Below are positions 58,469 through 64,000 of a stretch of 64,000 nt of DNA, piece by piece. This stretch comes from Planctomycetota bacterium. Its GTDB lineage: Bacteria; Planctomycetota; UBA1135; UBA2386. The position numbers and the translations under genes were made by a program. The stretch spans positions 1-64,000 of the forward strand of contig CANMWZ010000011.1 in assembly GCA_947501605.1 (NCBI GenBank), given 5' to 3'. Within the stretch, counting starts at the first letter, position 1; each line of letters opens with the position of its first letter. The notes below the pieces were generated by a model. The model made no database searches. It saw only the letters and a list, made by a program, of their open reading frames with translations, and was not told the DNA's origin.

Positions 58469-59213
58469 CGAAGGGGCCTCCCGTGAGCGACATGCCGGCG
58501 TTCATGGCGCCGTCGTGCAAGAACAGCACGCGATCGGCAGCCGCCGCGTCGCGAGGGTTGTGCGTAACCAGCAGGATCGAGGTCCCGAGCTGCTTCCGCA
58601 CCGTGGACAACAACTGCACGACCTCTTCGCCGTGCTTGCTCGACAGATTGCCGGTGGGCTCGTCCGCGAGCAGCAACGGCGGCTCGGCTGCCAGCGCGCG
58701 CGCGATGCTCACCCGCTGCATCTCACCGCCCGACAAGGCCTGCGGGTAGCGTTCGGCCAGCTTCCCGATCGACAGCATTTCGAGCACTGCGAGGATTCGC
58801 TCGCGATGGCGCTTCTGGCTCTGACCGAGAATGCGCAGGGGCAGCGTGACGTTTTCCCACACCGTGAGGTCGGGCAGCAGGTGGAAGAACTGGAAGATGA
58901 AGCCGATCTTGCTGCGGCGCACCGCCGCCAGGCGCTCTTCGTCACAGTCACCCAGTCGTTCGCCGGCGAGAAAGACATCGCCCGCCGACGGTTGCTCCAG
59001 GCCCGCGAGCAAGTGCAACAGCGTGGACTTGCCTGAACCTGACGGCCCCATGATCGACACGAACTCGCCCGGTTCGAGTCGAAACGAAACGTCGCGCACG
59101 ATCGGAACCTGCTGGCGATCCACGGTGCGGAAGCGATAGACGTTGCGCGCCTCGAGAACCGCCGCCTGCTCGGTCCCTGGAGCGGCTGCCGCACTACCAG
59201 TGGTGCTGGACAT
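58425..59213 (-). CDS. ABC transporter ATP-binding protein (MacB/LolD-like)
   Basis: GPSGSGKST, LSGGEMQRV and ADEPTGNL. Confidence 0.94.
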   Translation of the reverse strand: MSSTTGSAAAAPGTEQAAVLEARNVYRFRTVDRQQVPIVRDVSFRLEPGEFVSIMGPSGSGKSTLLHLLAGLEQPSAGDVFLAGERLGDCDEERLAAVRRSKIGFIFQFFHLLPDLTVWENVTLPLRILGQSQKRHRERILAVLEMLSIGKLAERYPQALSGGEMQRVSIARALAAEPPLLLADEPTGNLSSKHGEEVVQLLSTVRKQLGTSILLVTHNPRDAAAADRVLFLHDGAMNAGMSLTGGPFDVAHVFRRLQELGI

Positions 59214-59266
59214 GCGGCCTGATCATGCCGAGCCCAGTGGCAACGGCATCCGCATTCCGGCAAATG

Positions 59267-60120
59267 TCACGCTTCGCCGCTCGAGGACGAGCCGTGCTCC
59301 GGCTCGCGGACGAACACGTTGCGGGCGTAGAGCAACGAGAACTGCAGCGCCTGGACGTTCTGCTGCGACTTCGACCCTGGCTGCGTGGTGACGACGCCGA
59401 CATCACAACCGGCGGCCGCCGCATGGCGGAGTCGATGGCGCAGCAAAGCCGACTGCACGCCGCGGCGGCGCTGCGACGGCAACGTCGCCGCGCCGCACAA
59501 CTGCGCGATGCCCGTGTCGATGCGCATCGAGGCCGCCCCGGCTGGCTCGCCATTGCGCCGGGCCAAGAACAGGGTGACGCCGCGAGCCGTGGCGAAATCA
59601 CGAACGACCCGCTCGACCACCGCCGCGTCGAAGCTCTCAGGAACACCGGCACCTCCTGCATCGGCAGCACCAAAGCCACTGACCATGACGTCGAGCCACT
59701 GCTGCAGCCGTTCCGAAGCGACGACCTCGATGGCGATGTCGGGAGCTCCCGGGGCAGGAGGGGACGCAAGCGAACTGCCCGACACGTTCTCGACGCCGAC
59801 GAGCCGATAGCCGCGCGCACACAAGAAGGTGGCGAGTTGTGGATCCGCGAGCGTGCTGAGTTCCACCTGAATCGGCGCTCCGCGGCGCGCATGCTCGAGC
59901 TCGACGGCCGTCCACGCCTCTGCTGCCAACGCTGCGAACCCGAGGCCTGCGACCTTGTTGAGTGGCGAGCCGGCTTCGGTGAACGCTGCAACGCCGCCGC
60001 CGACTTCGATCACAGAGGCATCCGCCACGCGCCTCGTGACACTGGCCGCGGCCTCGGCGACGAGGCGAGCCTCCGCGGCCTCGATGCGGGCAGCGAGTGC
60101 GACATCACAGAACATCGACG

Positions 60121-60124
<4 letters not shown>
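59267..60124 (-). CDS. GNAT family N-acetyltransferase
   Basis: LCGAATLPSQRRRGVQSALL acetyl-CoA-binding motif and SKSQQN; GTGA overlap with ileS. Confidence 0.88.
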
Positions 60125-63282
<3,158 letters not shown>

Positions 63283-63376
63283 GGGAGGAACAGTGTGGCG
63301 GTGCGCAGTGGCCCACGCAAATGCCGCCTGCTGGCGGCGGGAACGAAGCGGCCCCCTTGCTATGCTCGAACTCAAC

Positions 63377-64000
63377 ATGCTCGGGTCCTCACGTCTTGCT
63401 TCGTTCGCGCTGGTTGCATGCGTCTCGGTCGCCGCTGCGGCACACGAAGCGACGATCCTGAAGGACCTCGCGCGCGCCGAACTGGCGCTCACCGAACGCC
63501 GCGCCGAAGACGCTGCGCTGGCGGTTGCAGACGCCACGCGGCGCGTGCGAGCCATGCCCGAGTCGGACATTCGCGCCGAACTCGAGCAGCGGGTTTTGGC
63601 GCTGCGCGACAAGGCCGACCCGGTCGGCAAGAGCTGCGATGCCGCGTGTACGGAAGCCGCCACAGCGCTGCTCCACGCCGCGCTGGCCTACGAGGACCGC
63701 GGCTGGCTGCGGTCCGCCAAGGCACTGCTGCTGCGCGCGGCCGCGATCGCGCCAACGGTCGTCAGCGAGGCGCTGCAGCGCGTACGCGAACGACAGGGCC
63801 AGGCGGCGGCCGCCACCAGCGACGCCAGTCACATGGCATGGCTCGGCGACGGCGAGGTCGTCGACGGCCCTTCCCCGTGGCTCGTGACCGCTGCTGGCGT
63901 CACCCCCGACGTCGCGCGAACCAGTCGGCATTTACCTCGCCGCCCATCGCGTCCGCAGTCACCGTATCCGCATCGACGGCGAGGTCACGCCGAGCATGGA
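63377..64000 (+). CDS. Secreted hypothetical protein, 3'-truncated by the window edge, with a possible frameshift near 63905
   Basis: Not in the ORF track. MLGSSRLASFALVACVSVAAAAHEATILKDLARAELAL... helical; TATGCT 10 nt upstream. Confidence 0.7.
   Translation, partial: MLGSSRLASFALVACVSVAAAAHEATILKDLARAELALTERRAEDAALAVADATRRVRAMPESDIRAELEQRVLALRDKADPVGKSCDAACTEAATALLHAALAYEDRGWLRSAKALLLRAAAIAPTVVSEALQRVRERQGQAAAATSDASHMAWLGDGEVVDGPSPWLVTAAGVTPDVARTSRHLPRRPSRPQSPYPHRRRGHAEHG

Noticed and set aside
63283..63376. T-box leader for ileS
   Set aside because: Only about 95 nt of divergent intergenic DNA and no T-box consensus.

Overview
GC-rich bacterial chromosomal segment, gene-dense with about 55 CDS. 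The gene neighbourhoods (purA-uppS-cdsA-phoH-ybeY followed by a FliA/WhiG-like sigma, lysS-lolCDE-like, nfeD-floA-yqfB-like) and the secreted-protein style suggest an uncultured Planctomycetota lineage; this is an inference. Housekeeping content: lysS, type-2 ileS, trmB, yciH/SUI1, purA, uppS, cdsA, lysA, leuB-like, a fused LeuD/LeuC-like dehydratase and a thiolase. Envelope content: an AlgI/AlgJ-type O-acetylation pair, a Wbp-type amino-sugar cluster, Lol-like and FtsX-type ABC systems, several peptidases and lipoproteins. I found no tRNA, rRNA, CRISPR array, integrase, transposase or phage gene. Both window edges cut real genes that are missing from the ORF track. No single unmistakable new system is present. 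The most notable signals are: (i) a -10-like TANNNT/CANNNT box 6-10 nt upstream of at least 11 start codons, suggesting widespread leaderless transcription; (ii) a degenerate UDP-sugar 2-epimerase fused to a DegT aminotransferase; (iii) an operon linking lysA, a tiny lipoprotein, an atypical IscU-like protein with (TGHVA)n repeats and a sigma-54 activator; (iv) an NfeD-NfeD fusion with an apparently dead protease domain; (v) a 13x9-bp G-quadruplex-prone tandem array; (vi) a purine-pyrimidine-alternating tract upstream of the FliA-like sigma; (vii) an orphan sigma-like/TPR protein.
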